Of a stretch of DNA of 64,000 nucleotides, positions 37,089-48,756 are shown in pieces. A model generated the notes under the pieces. It was not told the origin of the DNA, did no database searches, and saw only the letters and a program-made list of their open reading frames with translations. Every line of letters starts with the position of its first letter. Positions within the stretch are counted from its first letter, which is position 1. This DNA is from Dicyema japonicum (lineage: Eukaryota; Animalia; Dicyemida): the NCBI GenBank assembly GCA_011109175.1, contig RDEW01000023.1, forward strand, positions 345,225-409,224. Direction: 5' to 3'. Both the position numbers and the translations under genes were made by a program.

Positions 37089-38204
37089 TCAATTTTTGAT
37101 TAAAGGTTTTTCTGGAGTTTTAAAATTTGACTCTTTAGGTTCTTTGTTAGCTTCTCGTTCCAACACATTTGACTCTTTAGGTTCTTTGTTAGCTTCTCGT
37201 TCCAACACATTTGACTCTTTAGGTTCTTCGTTTGCGTCTCGTTCCAACTCTTGAAGGGGATAAATTTTAGCCTCAAACGTAATTATAAGTTCCTAATAAT
37301 TTTAACAAATCAATTACATCACCCAATCCAAAAGATTCAATAATATTGGAGATTTGTGAATTTGAGTTCATTTCATAGTCCTTATAATATATCTTAATCT
37401 TAATTGTAGTCAGTTTAATTACTACCGCATGGTTATTCAAGAAATGATGCCTTCGAATGTGAATTTTCAGGAAGTCTAAAGTAACATATTTAGGAATATA
37501 TAATAATCCATTTGAGCAATTCTAAATCAATAAATTTAGTACTTCAGAATTTATGATGTTTTCCTCGTTTGGTCTTCAAAATAAATATAAATAAACGTTT
37601 TAAAAAAGTACTTAACGTAGATAAATTCGGTGCTATTCCCAATCCTTGGTTTTGGTATATTTTTGAAAGCTGGTTGTTTATCCTCGGCTATAAATAAACA
37701 AACATAAACACAGTTTTTAAAAATCTGTATTATTTCGCTAATCATTGGCTCTTTTCTAACAAATTTTAAATGAAATTTACCTTAATGCATTTTTTGTAAA
37801 TTGAACGTTACATTTCGGACAATTTACGCACGTATTTATATGACCGGAAATACATATGTGACAAACTAAAAATTAAACGATGACATTAAGAAGCAAGCAG
37901 TAAATTTATTTATTTATTTAAATAAACAAGCCGATAATAATTTGAAATTAAAACATTTAAATTTATTTAACAATAAATTTATTTATGAATAAGGCAGTAT
38001 ATGCTTCATTTAATTAAAATAGCATTAAGTTTTTAAAAATTGTTGAATTTTTGGGTAAATTTTATGAAAAAGAGTAAATAAGAATATTGACTTACAAATA
38101 TGCTCGCATTTTGTTGAGACAATAGGATTGTCGACGATTTTACTGCAAATTGAACACTTCAAAGCGTTCTTTAAATTTCTAAATAATGGACAGTCAGACT
38201 GCAT
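37089..38204 (-). CDS. PCGF: Polycomb group RING finger protein (PCGF/BMI1/Psc-type RING + RAWUL)
   Basis: Introns 37866-38095, 37756-37780, 37688-37711, 37574-37611, 37522-37542, 37399-37425, 37293-37317 give C3HC4 RING CSIC...CEHIFCHIC...CPKC and RAWUL-like LYIPKYVTLDFLKIHI..IKIYYKD; several intron positions recall BMI1; 3' end uncertain. Confidence 0.75.
37125..37250. repeat. Coding tandem repeat, 3 x 42 bp (LEREANKEPKESNV)
   Basis: ATTTGACTCTTTAGGTTCTTTGTTAGCTTCTCGTTCCAACAC repeated. Confidence 0.9.
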
Positions 38205-39877
38205 TCTAAATTCTAAAATAAAATTATTCTTTTATATCTGACGCATCACGTAATTTAACCGCACAAAAGTTTGCACGCATCTACCTCAAATAAGATTATG
38301 TAACTATCTAAAATTCATAAGTGATAGTATATGAATCTGTATGTAATTGGGAGCCTAATAGTATCTTTCTTGAAAATACTCTTTCTGTCAAAAATTCAAA
38401 CTGCGAGGAAGTTTCATGCCATCAGTTGAAGACGTAAGAGACATGTCCTGGGTTTTATTTTTTGCTAAACAGAGAATATGTTGATCAGTAAACTAATAAT
38501 CTGTTACAAAATGGTGATTTATCATCAAAAGTTGAATATGCAGAGATAGAATTATAGTACGTTGTCGCACAAAATGTGACGTAATTTTATTATGAGAGAT
38601 CCTCTGTAAATTATCTTAAACATAATCTCATAATAGATTATTTTAAATAATCGTCATCAGATAAATTCACTTTCTGTCGGGTTTGATGTGTGCCTTATTT
38701 CAATTTTATTTCAAAACAGAACACTTTTATTCTATGTTTGTATTCAATTGCTATAATATAGATTGCAATTAATTGTAGATAAAACAGGCTTAATCATTTA
38801 TAAATTTTATCAAAATGCTTTATTTACGCGAAATAATATAAAATTTTTATACTAAAGGGGTATTTAAATGAAAAACGAAAAAATTATAATTTTGAAAACA
38901 TTCATTTTGCTCTAACTAACTTATTAAGATGATTCTATATTTACAAATATTTTTGTCGCATTAATATTAATATTTTCGGTTGAAGCATTTAACGCAACAT
39001 ACTCTAAATATGGAATTATGAAAGTCCGTCGATTTATTTGTTTCACCAACTAGCATAATAGAAATTGGTTTGAACAGTTTAAAATCATACATAAAGTTGT
39101 TATTTATTCTACATTTATAATGCTGTCAAATTTTTCATATTCTACATTCAGCAATTCATAATATTATTTGTAATTCAATCAGTATTTAACTTTTGGAAAT
39201 TATAATCATACTCCGTTATAAATTATTTTAAAATTTAGCACTTGTTTGTGATAGGAAATTTTAAAAGTCGAATGATTGCATAATAATCCCCAGTGACTCT
39301 ATTTGAAAAGAACTTAAAATCGTTACAATTTTCCTCTTGCATAGCAAGTTAAATAATAGGCTCACCTATCATGCGTCAATGGACACAATTTTAAGAGTTA
39401 TATAAGCAGAATTACTTGCATGCAATGTCCTATATTAGTCATAATTCTTGTCAGTCTTCATTCTTTTAACGAATGCGGTACCTCTTCAGAAAATCATTTC
39501 TGTTTTCAAGAATTTAGCAATGTTTATAAATCTTCATTTCAAAGTTAAGTGTTATTTTAAGCGTTATAAAAGACTAGTTACTTAACAAAACGAACTGAAA
39601 ATGCATCGTAGATATCAAAACTCTTCCAAGCACATATGATATATCCAAAGCATGTTTTCCCCTCTAAAAAATATAAACAATTCGACATCAACAAAATTGA
39701 ATACTGTTTAGTTTGTATTTAGCAATCAAATAGTCTTGTTTGAGGTTTTGTGGTTAGTTATTCAACGATAGAATTATATCAAAAATTAATTATTATTATT
39801 ACTATTAAGAAAATAAAGACATAAAAAATTTTAATCTGACATCTGTGCATCCGATTTTCCAAAACATCGGTAGATAT

Positions 39878-40092
39878 AATAATAAAGTCTTTTCACGAGA
39901 GCCATAATATTTATAGCTCTGCATAGGCAGGACAAACACTTTATTTCAGTAAATAACAGTAATATTAACTCATCGTTGAAACGAAGGAGGCATCCAAGAA
40001 ATGTTTTTTAACTTTTTTGTTGTTGCGTGAGTCCTTTACAGACGATCCAATTTCGCAGTGAAGCATTCATTTAATAAGGCGTCACTCGTCAC
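39878..40092 (-). mobile_element. Diverged, 5'-truncated tRNA-SINE copy
   Basis: Aligns to 18605-18813 with many substitutions. Confidence 0.8.
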
Positions 40093-40299
40093 CAAAAATA
40101 TTACTAATAGAATATAAAATACTCAAAACACTATCACTTTAGATTAGATAAAACGATTCTTAAAAGACAGGTTAGACATTAACATCCGAAAGATATTTAT
40201 TCATCTAGCCCACCATATTAGAAGAGACCAGGAGGAAAATGATGTTTAGAATAAGTAGGGCAACCAGAAAATTGCAATTTTCAAATAGAAATTGCAAAT

Positions 40300-41290
40300 A
40301 ACTTTTTTAATTGTATAAAATTGCAGAATGGAAAAATAAACAGAATTATTTATTGTAATACGAAATTAAATATTCTGAACATTTTCAGGTTTAAAGTTTC
40401 GATCTTTAGTAATAAATTTTCGTCAAAAGAGACATCGCCCTTTTCAACTGAGGCTAAGCTTCCGCAACAATTTTCGAAGGTATGAGTAAATTTCTGGCGA
40501 AGATTTTTATTTGAGAAATCAAAAATACTTAGTATTATCTCAGATTTTTGAAGCTTTTTTGATATATAATTTTTTATATTGCACCAATCTGATGAAAATT
40601 CTATGCTGTTGATTCGGATGCAAATGATATGTTTCAGCTTCAAAAAGGCGTATGAGAGAAGAGTGTCTTATTTTGTAAATTGGGATATTTGCCTCCAAAT
40701 ATGCTTCTGTTACTTTCATAGCCCAAGTTTTCTGAGTATCGGTTATTTTGGAAATGAAACTATTTTGAAAATAACCGCGTGGCGCCATGTGGTGTTTCGT
40801 GGCTAATTGATTAAAGTTTCTGTTTGTTCGTCTGTTTTTCCTCTCTCTTCCTATTAGAGTGGCGTCATGTGATCCATTTGTCTAGGTGGCGCCCAGTGCC
40901 AGGCCGGCACGAAAAAGGATCATTTGCTCTCCCCCACTCCACTGGAGGGGTTTCCACAACTGCAACTATGGACGTCTTTTACCCTTTATGCTGATTCCGG
41001 ATGGACTCTTTTCTGTAGAAGTGGAAACTGGATACATTTAATTAGTTGTTTACTTTAAATTCCTTCTCGGTGTATCCGGGGTTAATAAATAAATGTTTGT
41101 GAACTTTGAAATGGGTTGGACTCTTCTATAATTTTAAACTCAGAAAAATCTTGTGCCCTTTCAAATATCTTTTTGAAGAACGATGCGCGTCAACAAAAAA
41201 TTTTGTGTCACATCGTACAACAGTCGAGCAATTGGAACAAAATAAATTCCCTTTCACTGTCAATAACAAACTCTGGGAATTTTATGTTTA
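40300..41290 (-). mobile_element. hAT/CGGBP1-like transposase remnant interrupted by a SINE
   Basis: GNLFCSNCSTVVRCD...H zinc finger (41100-41290) and EAYLEANIPIYK (40540-40780). Confidence 0.55.
40779..41094 (+). mobile_element. Short non-autonomous Vingi-dependent retroposon, copy 2
   Basis: Homologous to 4925-5243; pseudoknot 40861-40922; 3' stem 41028-41079; (TAAA)n tail. Confidence 0.85.
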
Positions 41291-41294
41291 TAGC

Positions 41295-44050
41295 CCCGCA
41301 TGTGCAACACTCATATTAACAATATTTATAGTTAATCTCTTCCATCTTCCTCTGTCAAATGCTAGTGATCTCAATTCGTCCAGGTCGTCCCCTGTCTTTA
41401 AATTTTTTTCTCACACGATTTAGATCTTTGTTTAAGGCAGTCGGAAGTGTCGATTTAGGTCGTCCGCGGAAGGGTTAGTCGCAACTGTCAAAGTAATCTT
41501 CCATCGCTTTGTTAGCGGGTGCGTCCGGGTTCATTCTTAGTACATGCCCAAATAGCTTCCACCGGGCATCTATCATATCCTTGCTGATGTAAGAACACAT
41601 ACACTTGTAGATACCAGTGGTTGATATTCTACGTGGCCACTCCATTCAGAGTAAGCTTCTTAGTTGCATTCTATGGAACGAATCCAGTTTCAATAGTTTG
41701 TTGAAGGAACTTCCCCATGTCCCAGCGTTGTACAGTAGGATCGGTTTCACAAACACGTTGTAAAACCTGCATCTGATTTCAACTCCAAGTCCTTTGGCTC
41801 TTAGCCATCCTTTCCTCAGTTTAGCCACTGCCGCATTTGCCAGTGTTTTCCTCCTTAGTACGTCTTCAGCGTCTCCTAGTAGAGACCCGGGCTTATTAGT
41901 ACATCTCCATCTTTCATGAGTAATGTCTTCTTCTCTTTTGATTTCAGTAATTTTAGTTTTGTTTGCATTTACGCTGAGCATTTACGGAAATCGCGGAGTG
42001 CAAATTCAAGGTATATGGTGAATAGTAAAGGGGAGAGGGAATCACCCTGAGGTGTCCCAATCGTTGTTTTGAAACTGCGGGAAGTTGCTCCTTCTGTCCT
42101 CACAGATAGTCTTGTATTCGCAATAATCCTCAGTACTATTTATTGAGTCAAAAGCTCTGGAGAGATCTATTCCCAACACGGTCGTTGCGCTCTTGAATTT
42201 TGGTGCGCTGCACAGCGCCATCTATGGATCCATACAATGTCTGCCGTAGACCTCCCTTCTCGGAACCCACTTTGACTTGCTAGTAGGTACAGATCCGCCA
42301 CACCCTTTATCCGGCTTAGTGCAATGTTTGCCAGCACCTTGCTTATCGAGTTCAGAAGTATAATCGGGCGGAGATTTTCTAATGGTCCTTTTGCTTTGTT
42401 CGGTTTTTGTATGGTATTAATAATCAATTTCCAAGTCCTAGATCGGTATTGATTTCAAAGATGTCATTTAAAGTTATTGCAATTGTTCGCAAAATTTTTT
42501 GGCCCATATTTAAAAGCTCAGGGCTTATGTTGTCTGGCCCTGCACTCTTGTTGTTATTCTTCAGTTTATTTAGCTAATTCCACTTCTTCCACTGTGATTG
42601 GATTTTTAGCCTTCTTCTCCCTGGAAAGTCCTCATTATTTTCTTATTCAACAATATTTTAAGTGTCGTGCAATCAATTCTGCTTTTTTCTTCTGGGTTGC
42701 CCACGAATTTTCCTTCTTCATCTTTGATGTGAAGGACGTTTTGTCCTTTTTTTGTCCGCAGCCGCAAACCGCAAACATCCTTGAATTGTCTTTAGGCAAT
42801 CCACATCTTTTAATAGGGATGTAATAATTTCCCGTGAATGTTGTCTGTTCATCTTTTTGATTTTCCATTTTAGTTTCCTTTGTTGGATTTTAAGCTCTTA
42901 TTGTACTCTCGTCTGACGTGTTTGCCGCTTGTAGCCGTAGCTCTCTGCAATGCTTTGCTATATCTGGCACGTTCGTGTGGTGATCCAATTTTAGGGCGTG
43001 ATGATTTCTAAGTCCAAGGCATATATTTGACCGACTTAGAAATTACCTGATTTGTTTGATCCCACAGAGTTCGTACTGATGATTCCGGTAAGGTTTTTTC
43101 CATGAGAGTCTCGATTTGTTCGTGATTTTAAGCCCTACGGGTAAGCTGTAACCACAATTTTTCTGTCTGAAAGTATATATTGGGCCTTTGTCTCGCCTTT
43201 TTCGCGTTTTCAATATATTTTTCCCAGTCAAGTGCTTTTTTACAAAGTTCTGCAATAACGGTCCTATGGTCGCTGTCAGTTGTTGTCCCCTGGTAGGAAC
43301 GTGCATCATTTATCAGATGTTTATCAGACTTTCGGCAGATAATATAGTCGATTTGATTATATATTTCACGGTCTCCCCGGCAGAGTTTTTTCTATGTCCG
43401 TGCCATGTCGTCTTGTGGCAAGCTGAGTGCGTGAAGGCCGTGTTGCATAGGAATAGGCTATTTGCCTCACAGAAGTTCACCAGAGAGGCTCCAGATGCAT
43501 TTCTCTTTCCGCGCCCGTGTCTTCCAATAGAGGATTCTTCGGGTCCCATTCGCATTCCGGCCTTTGCATTCATATCTCCCGCAACAAAGACAAGGACGAG
43601 GAAGCATTAGAGTATGTGCTTGATAGTTCTGAGTAGAATTCCTCGAGCTCACCGGGGTTCTTGATTACTCGTCCGCAGTGTGATGCATAGACATTTATGA
43701 CAGTTAATAGACTCTTGGACGGGTATAAATCATTTAGTTTGACTTGTAGGACACATATTCGGTCGTTGACTCTCCAATAGCGATGTAATTTTTTGAGGTA
43801 ATCCACGTGTAGGGCAAATCCCATGCCGTGATGCTTGCATTCAGTTGTGAAGAGAATCAGTCGGTAGTTTTTCCATGTCTCATCGCGTTCATTTTCGATT
43901 TTCGTCTCTTGTAGGTAGCCAATAGATATTTTGTATTTCTCGAGATCGTCACAAAGTACTTTCCTTGTTCAATCGTTCGATATTCCACGTACGTTAAACA
44001 TCATTAGCCTGAGTTCTCGATTGTAATGAGTGTTTTTAGATATTTTTTCT
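41295..44050 (-). mobile_element. Decayed RTE-clade LINE
   Basis: FNVRG start, INVYA, FLCNTAF, SGFREGRST, GTPQGDSLSP, LYNAGTW fragments. Confidence 0.85.
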
Positions 44051-44092
44051 CAACTGTTATCCAATTAAGAATAGAGGCACGTCACCACCTCA

Positions 44093-44185
44093 CCAAAAAA
44101 GTAAGAAATAAATATAAAGTAGTGTAAGAATAAATATAAAGAAGTTTGTAAGAAATAAATATAAGGAAGTTTGCCAGAAATAAAA
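44093..44185. repeat. Imperfect ~24-bp minisatellite (~3.5 copies)
   Basis: GTAAGAAATAAATATAAAG..GT units. Confidence 0.6.
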
Positions 44186-44199
44186 AAAATGATAGTTAA

Positions 44200-44412
44200 C
44201 TAAGGTTCATTCATGATTTTGTCCCTGATAATTTTGTATTTTTTCATTCTTTCGTCGAAAGATTCAGATTGAACCGGAGATTGGTTCTGCTGCAGTTGTT
44301 GGGGCGTGTTCTCTCTTTTGAGTACTCGAACCGCGGGTGGTTGCTTTACTTGGGGAGAATCATTCCATTTTTCAGGTATGAAGTCGCATAAATCGTCATC
44401 GTCAATGGCCAT
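44200..44412 (-). CDS. Small SUZ-domain protein (SZRD1-like)
   Basis: Acidic N-terminus, PPAVRVLKR and SFDERMKKYKIIRDKIM match SUZ motifs (IRILKR; SLxEREAxYxxARxRI); start uncertain. Confidence 0.65.
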   Translation of the reverse strand: MAIDDDDLCDFIPEKWNDSPQVKQPPAVRVLKRENTPQQLQQNQSPVQSESFDERMKKYKIIRDKIMNEP

Positions 44413-44667
44413 CACAAGAATAAAGTCAAGCTGTAAAATGTTTAAAATTTATTCGCTAAGTTTAAATTATTATTCATTTTTATCAAATTTAATATACAAT
44501 TTTTAATAGAAGAAATTTTTGGCCTCCCTTAATTAAATGACAACTTACCGAAGTACCAATCGTGTGTTGGGTTCCATACTGGTTTATTAGTTACTCCCTA
44601 CGACCCACGTGGATCAAAATTCCTCCACGTCTGTGAGAAGATGGAAACCCGCTTTGCCTGTCATATA

Positions 44668-46095
44668 CAGTGCTTAGCATACAAAATTGTACACTTAAGT
44701 TCTCAATTTGATTAAAAAAATAGTTTCGTTTTTTTATTAATTCCGACTTTTATCTTATATATAGAGCTTCAATGAGTTTTTTATTATCATTAAATTCCTA
44801 ATTACGGAACAGACAGGAAATTTTTTATTTTTACTGATCAATAAAAATCGTACATTTGAATTTTCATTACTTTGTGTGTCCATCATGTGCCGAATATATG
44901 TGCCAAAAGCGTTTTTTCATTGAATTAATGAGTTTTTCTGTTAAAACCTCGTGAGATTTCCTCCCAAACTCTTAAAACCTCCTTCTTCAAGTCATTTATG
45001 GTCCCGTAATTGCTTTTATACTTTTCTCTTTTTACGTGAATCCACAAATTCTCGATGGGGTTTAAATCCGGAGACTGAGCGGCCCACTTGATTTGTTTAA
45101 TTTGTTTTTCATTAAAAACTCCTCGCTGTGTGGCTTGGTGCGTTATCCTAATGAAAAAAGTAGTCTCCTAGACCCATTTTTTCACCAGACTTAGGAAGAT
45201 GATTTGTAAGAATGCTTATGTATCTTGCAGCATTCAAATTACCCTCAATAGCTATCAAATGGCCCACACCGTAATAAGGGAAACACCCCCAGAACATGCT
45301 TTTCCCTAAAATTGAAATTTTAGTAAGCTAACCTTTTCAAAAACTTATGAGTTTGCGCGATGAATTCCGGCTTCAAAGAGTCTTTCGCATTTTTATAAAC
45401 CATAGCGTTTTTTTTGTCGGTCTCAGTTCAAATGAACATTCGTAAGAAGAGATGTAAGTGTTCCATTCATCATCAGAATCTTGTAAAAAAAAGTTTAACG
45501 ATTTTCGTCTTCCCAGTATGTTTTTTGAATGGTTTTCGACAGAATATTTCCTTTATATTCAGAGTTCGGATTACTGTATGCCTGGAAACTTGTGTTCCAT
45601 AGATAACTTTAGCTACGAAATGAAGGAATTTCACGGGAAATATTGCATAAAGTATTTATCTTCTATTCATTCAACTTTGGTAAACGCCCTGTATCCGGTT
45701 TACGAGAAATTCTTCCGGTCTTTTTGTATCTACTGATGAAACTTCCGACAGTAGGAAAGGGAACATCAATCTCTCTGGAAATTTGTCTAAGAGACATTTT
45801 CTGGTTGTGCAGTGGAATTATTTGACCTTTTAAGACTTCCGATAAGTGACTTTTTTTTAAACTATAGAAAATTATAGGTAAATTAAGAAATTTAAGTGGT
45901 GTACAATTTTCTATGAGCAACAGGATTCATCACGATGCAAAATTATATTCAAATTAAGAAATAAATCGACGTATAAAAATATTACAAATTAAATTAATGT
46001 CTAACTATTACCATCTTAATTTCCGAAAAATAATAGTTTCTTTCAAAAACCATCTAAATGTCTAATAATGGGGTGTACAATTTCTATGCTAAGCA
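44668..46095 (-). mobile_element. Tc1-family transposon (IR/DR-like), transposase pseudogene
   Basis: TIR TA|CAGTGCTTAGCATACAAAATTGTACAC and GTGTACAATTTCTATGCTAAGCA; inner repeat at ~45899; HTH (SLRQISRE..GRLPKL) and WAAQSPDLNPIENLW. Confidence 0.88.
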
Positions 46096-46450
46096 TAAGG
46101 CAAAAGAAAACCGATTTGTACAAAAATACCCTTCCCAATCGGATTCCTCTGCAGGAATGAGAGAATGCTCTGCAAGAGGTATTGAGAACAATATAGGATC
46201 ACAGACGTTGGATGGACAGTTGATTGCGGGAACTAGGATCACCTAAATGTTTGACGTTTTTCCTTTGTGTCTAGGTTATTTCCAAAAAATAATTACACAA
46301 AAATAAATAAATAAGGGAAATATTTGTTATAAAAAACTACAAAATATTATATTTCAAAAAAATAATTAATCAAACCTACTTTTTCCTAAATACATATCTA
46401 TCAACCCAACTTTTTACACTTTTTTCCTGGAAGTATATTAATTAAAACGT

Positions 46451-48756
46451 GGTGTCATGTGGTCTACCAGTTGTGAAAGTTCTGGAGGCGCTCAGGGTGG
46501 ACTTAATGCACCGAGGAATAGGACCATTAACTACCTCCCATCAGAAAAGGACTCTTCGGACGACGGTCTCTTCCCTTTCTTAATCCTCCTAAGCTGAATG
46601 GGTTCCTGATAATTCTCGCCGTGACATTGAACTTAATCCAGGCCTTCCACTCTCAATTCTGCAGATAAACATCAACGGAATCAAAAGCAAAATTCTCGAA
46701 CTACGGTCTTTCATTAAAGAACAGAACATTGACCTGATTTTATTTCGAGAAAGTAGACTAACTTCATCATCACCTATCCGGCATTTACCAGGATGCCACT
46801 GCATTCTCCTGGACCGCTCAAACCGTCGTGGTGGGGGTTTCCTCATCATTATAAGAGATAACATTCGATTTACGGACATCTCAGCGAAACTACAATTACT
46901 AATAAACGATGGGACCACAGAAATATCTGGGATATCAATTACAAGTGGATTCGGGACTCTCAACATTACAAACATCTACATCCCCCCTCCATCTTCTTGC
47001 CCAAAAGGATTCTCACTATACCTAACCAAGTTAAACAAGCTCGGAAACTTGATATTGTGTGGAGATTTTAATGCTAAACATCCAGCAGATTCAAGAGGAT
47101 TATCCTTATTAAGCCAGGTCACCTGTCTGACTATCCTCAACAACCCCAGGAAACACACTAGGACTCCTTTAAAAGAAAACGAAGCTTCAACGTCCCCAGA
47201 CATTACCTTCTGTTCCCCAAACCTTGTACCGGACACATCTTGGACCGTGCATTATGGATTATCTTCCTATTACAATCCAATCATTATTTGAATCAAAAAA
47301 GTTCTTTACCACAAAAAAGAGACTGTTTCATTTTTCAACTATAAAAAAGCAAACTGGAATGACTATTCAAAGTACATCGATCATGCTCTAGTAAACTTTG
47401 ACATGATATTCCCTTCAATAGATAAAGCTATTGACTTTTTGAACAAAACTATTATCATGGTGTGGAGAACATTCATTCCGCGCGGATCATTTAAATTCTC
47501 AATGAAAACTCGATCAGAACACCAAATCATTAATTAAAAAAGGAATCGCCTGAAAAGACATGTAGCTTTTTTTCCCGGACAGAAAAATCAAACAAAAACT
47601 CTGAATGACGAAAAATCTAAAAGGATTAGAAAAGCTGAAGCTAACAAATGGGACAAACTAGTATCTTTCCTTCCATTTCAGAAATCTGCTCAGACGATAT
47701 GGAGAGATATTAAACAATTTGGCTCAAAAGGAAATTTTAAAAGACAACAGCATAGTCTTAATAACAGACGGATCTGAGTTGTTACACCATTATAAGCCAC
47801 AAACCTTTCAGGAAAATGGATGGGCCTTCTTTATCCTCAATAAGACCGAAGAGAACACAACCGATTAACTTTATCTCACATTCAGATGTCAGTGAGGTTT
47901 GAAGAGGATGAATTCTTCCCTTTCATGTGGCCCTGATTCTATCCCTGTTACTAAAACACCTTGAACCTATTGCGATTGATGCAATCACAGTGATTTTCAA
48001 CTATTCAATAACATGAATACAATTCCAACTATCTGGAAACTGTCCTATATACACCCGATCCCTGAGAAACCTAAGGACAATCCTGAATCATTTCGACCAA
48101 TCTCTTTACTATGCACTTTATCAAAAGTATTGGAAAAATTGATTCTTAATCTTATAACCCCGTCCCTTCCTTTTTCGTCATCATAACATGGATTCAGAAG
48201 GGGTTATTTAACTGTCGTTTGCTCGATCGATTTACAAAAGGCCTTCGACTCTAACTCAAGGAAAATCCGAACCCGGAAATTGTTTGCCCTCCCCGTCAAC
48301 CCCAATATAAAACTTTGGCTTGCTAACTTCATCAATGGAAAAAGAGTCCGAATATACACGGTTACTACCCAATGGTGTCCTACAAGGTTCCCCTTTAGCA
48401 TCAGACTTATTTAACTTATACATGTCCGATATAAAACAACCCGATAATAAAGACGATGTCCTCTTATCATATGCTGATGACCTATTAATAGGATCCCGCG
48501 ATCAAGATATATTAAAGGCATCAGAAAGATTACATGAATACATTCACAATATTCAAATTTGACTAAATTATAACCGGCTTGATATATCTACTGAAGAATC
48601 GTCTTCGTTCTTATTTTTATCTAACAAACGACTTGGACAAATGACAGTGAATATATTTATCAACCAGACAAAAATACCCTTCACGACGAAACTGAAAATC
48701 TTGGGGATCACTTTCGACACACAAATGTCCTTTTCATCTCATGTCGACGGCATCTC
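46451..48756 (+). mobile_element. Decayed Vingi-like LINE with 5' pseudoknot (46451-46526) and degenerate 2A
   Basis: DIELNPGL at 46623-46646; LQININGI; CGDFNAKH; DLQKAFD; GVLQGSP; YADD. Confidence 0.85.

Noticed and set aside
37125-37250. CRISPR-like repeat array
   Set aside because: Contiguous 42-bp repeats with no spacers, inside a eukaryotic coding exon; no cas genes
38400-39800. Possible decayed transposase
   Set aside because: No recognisable motif or long frame
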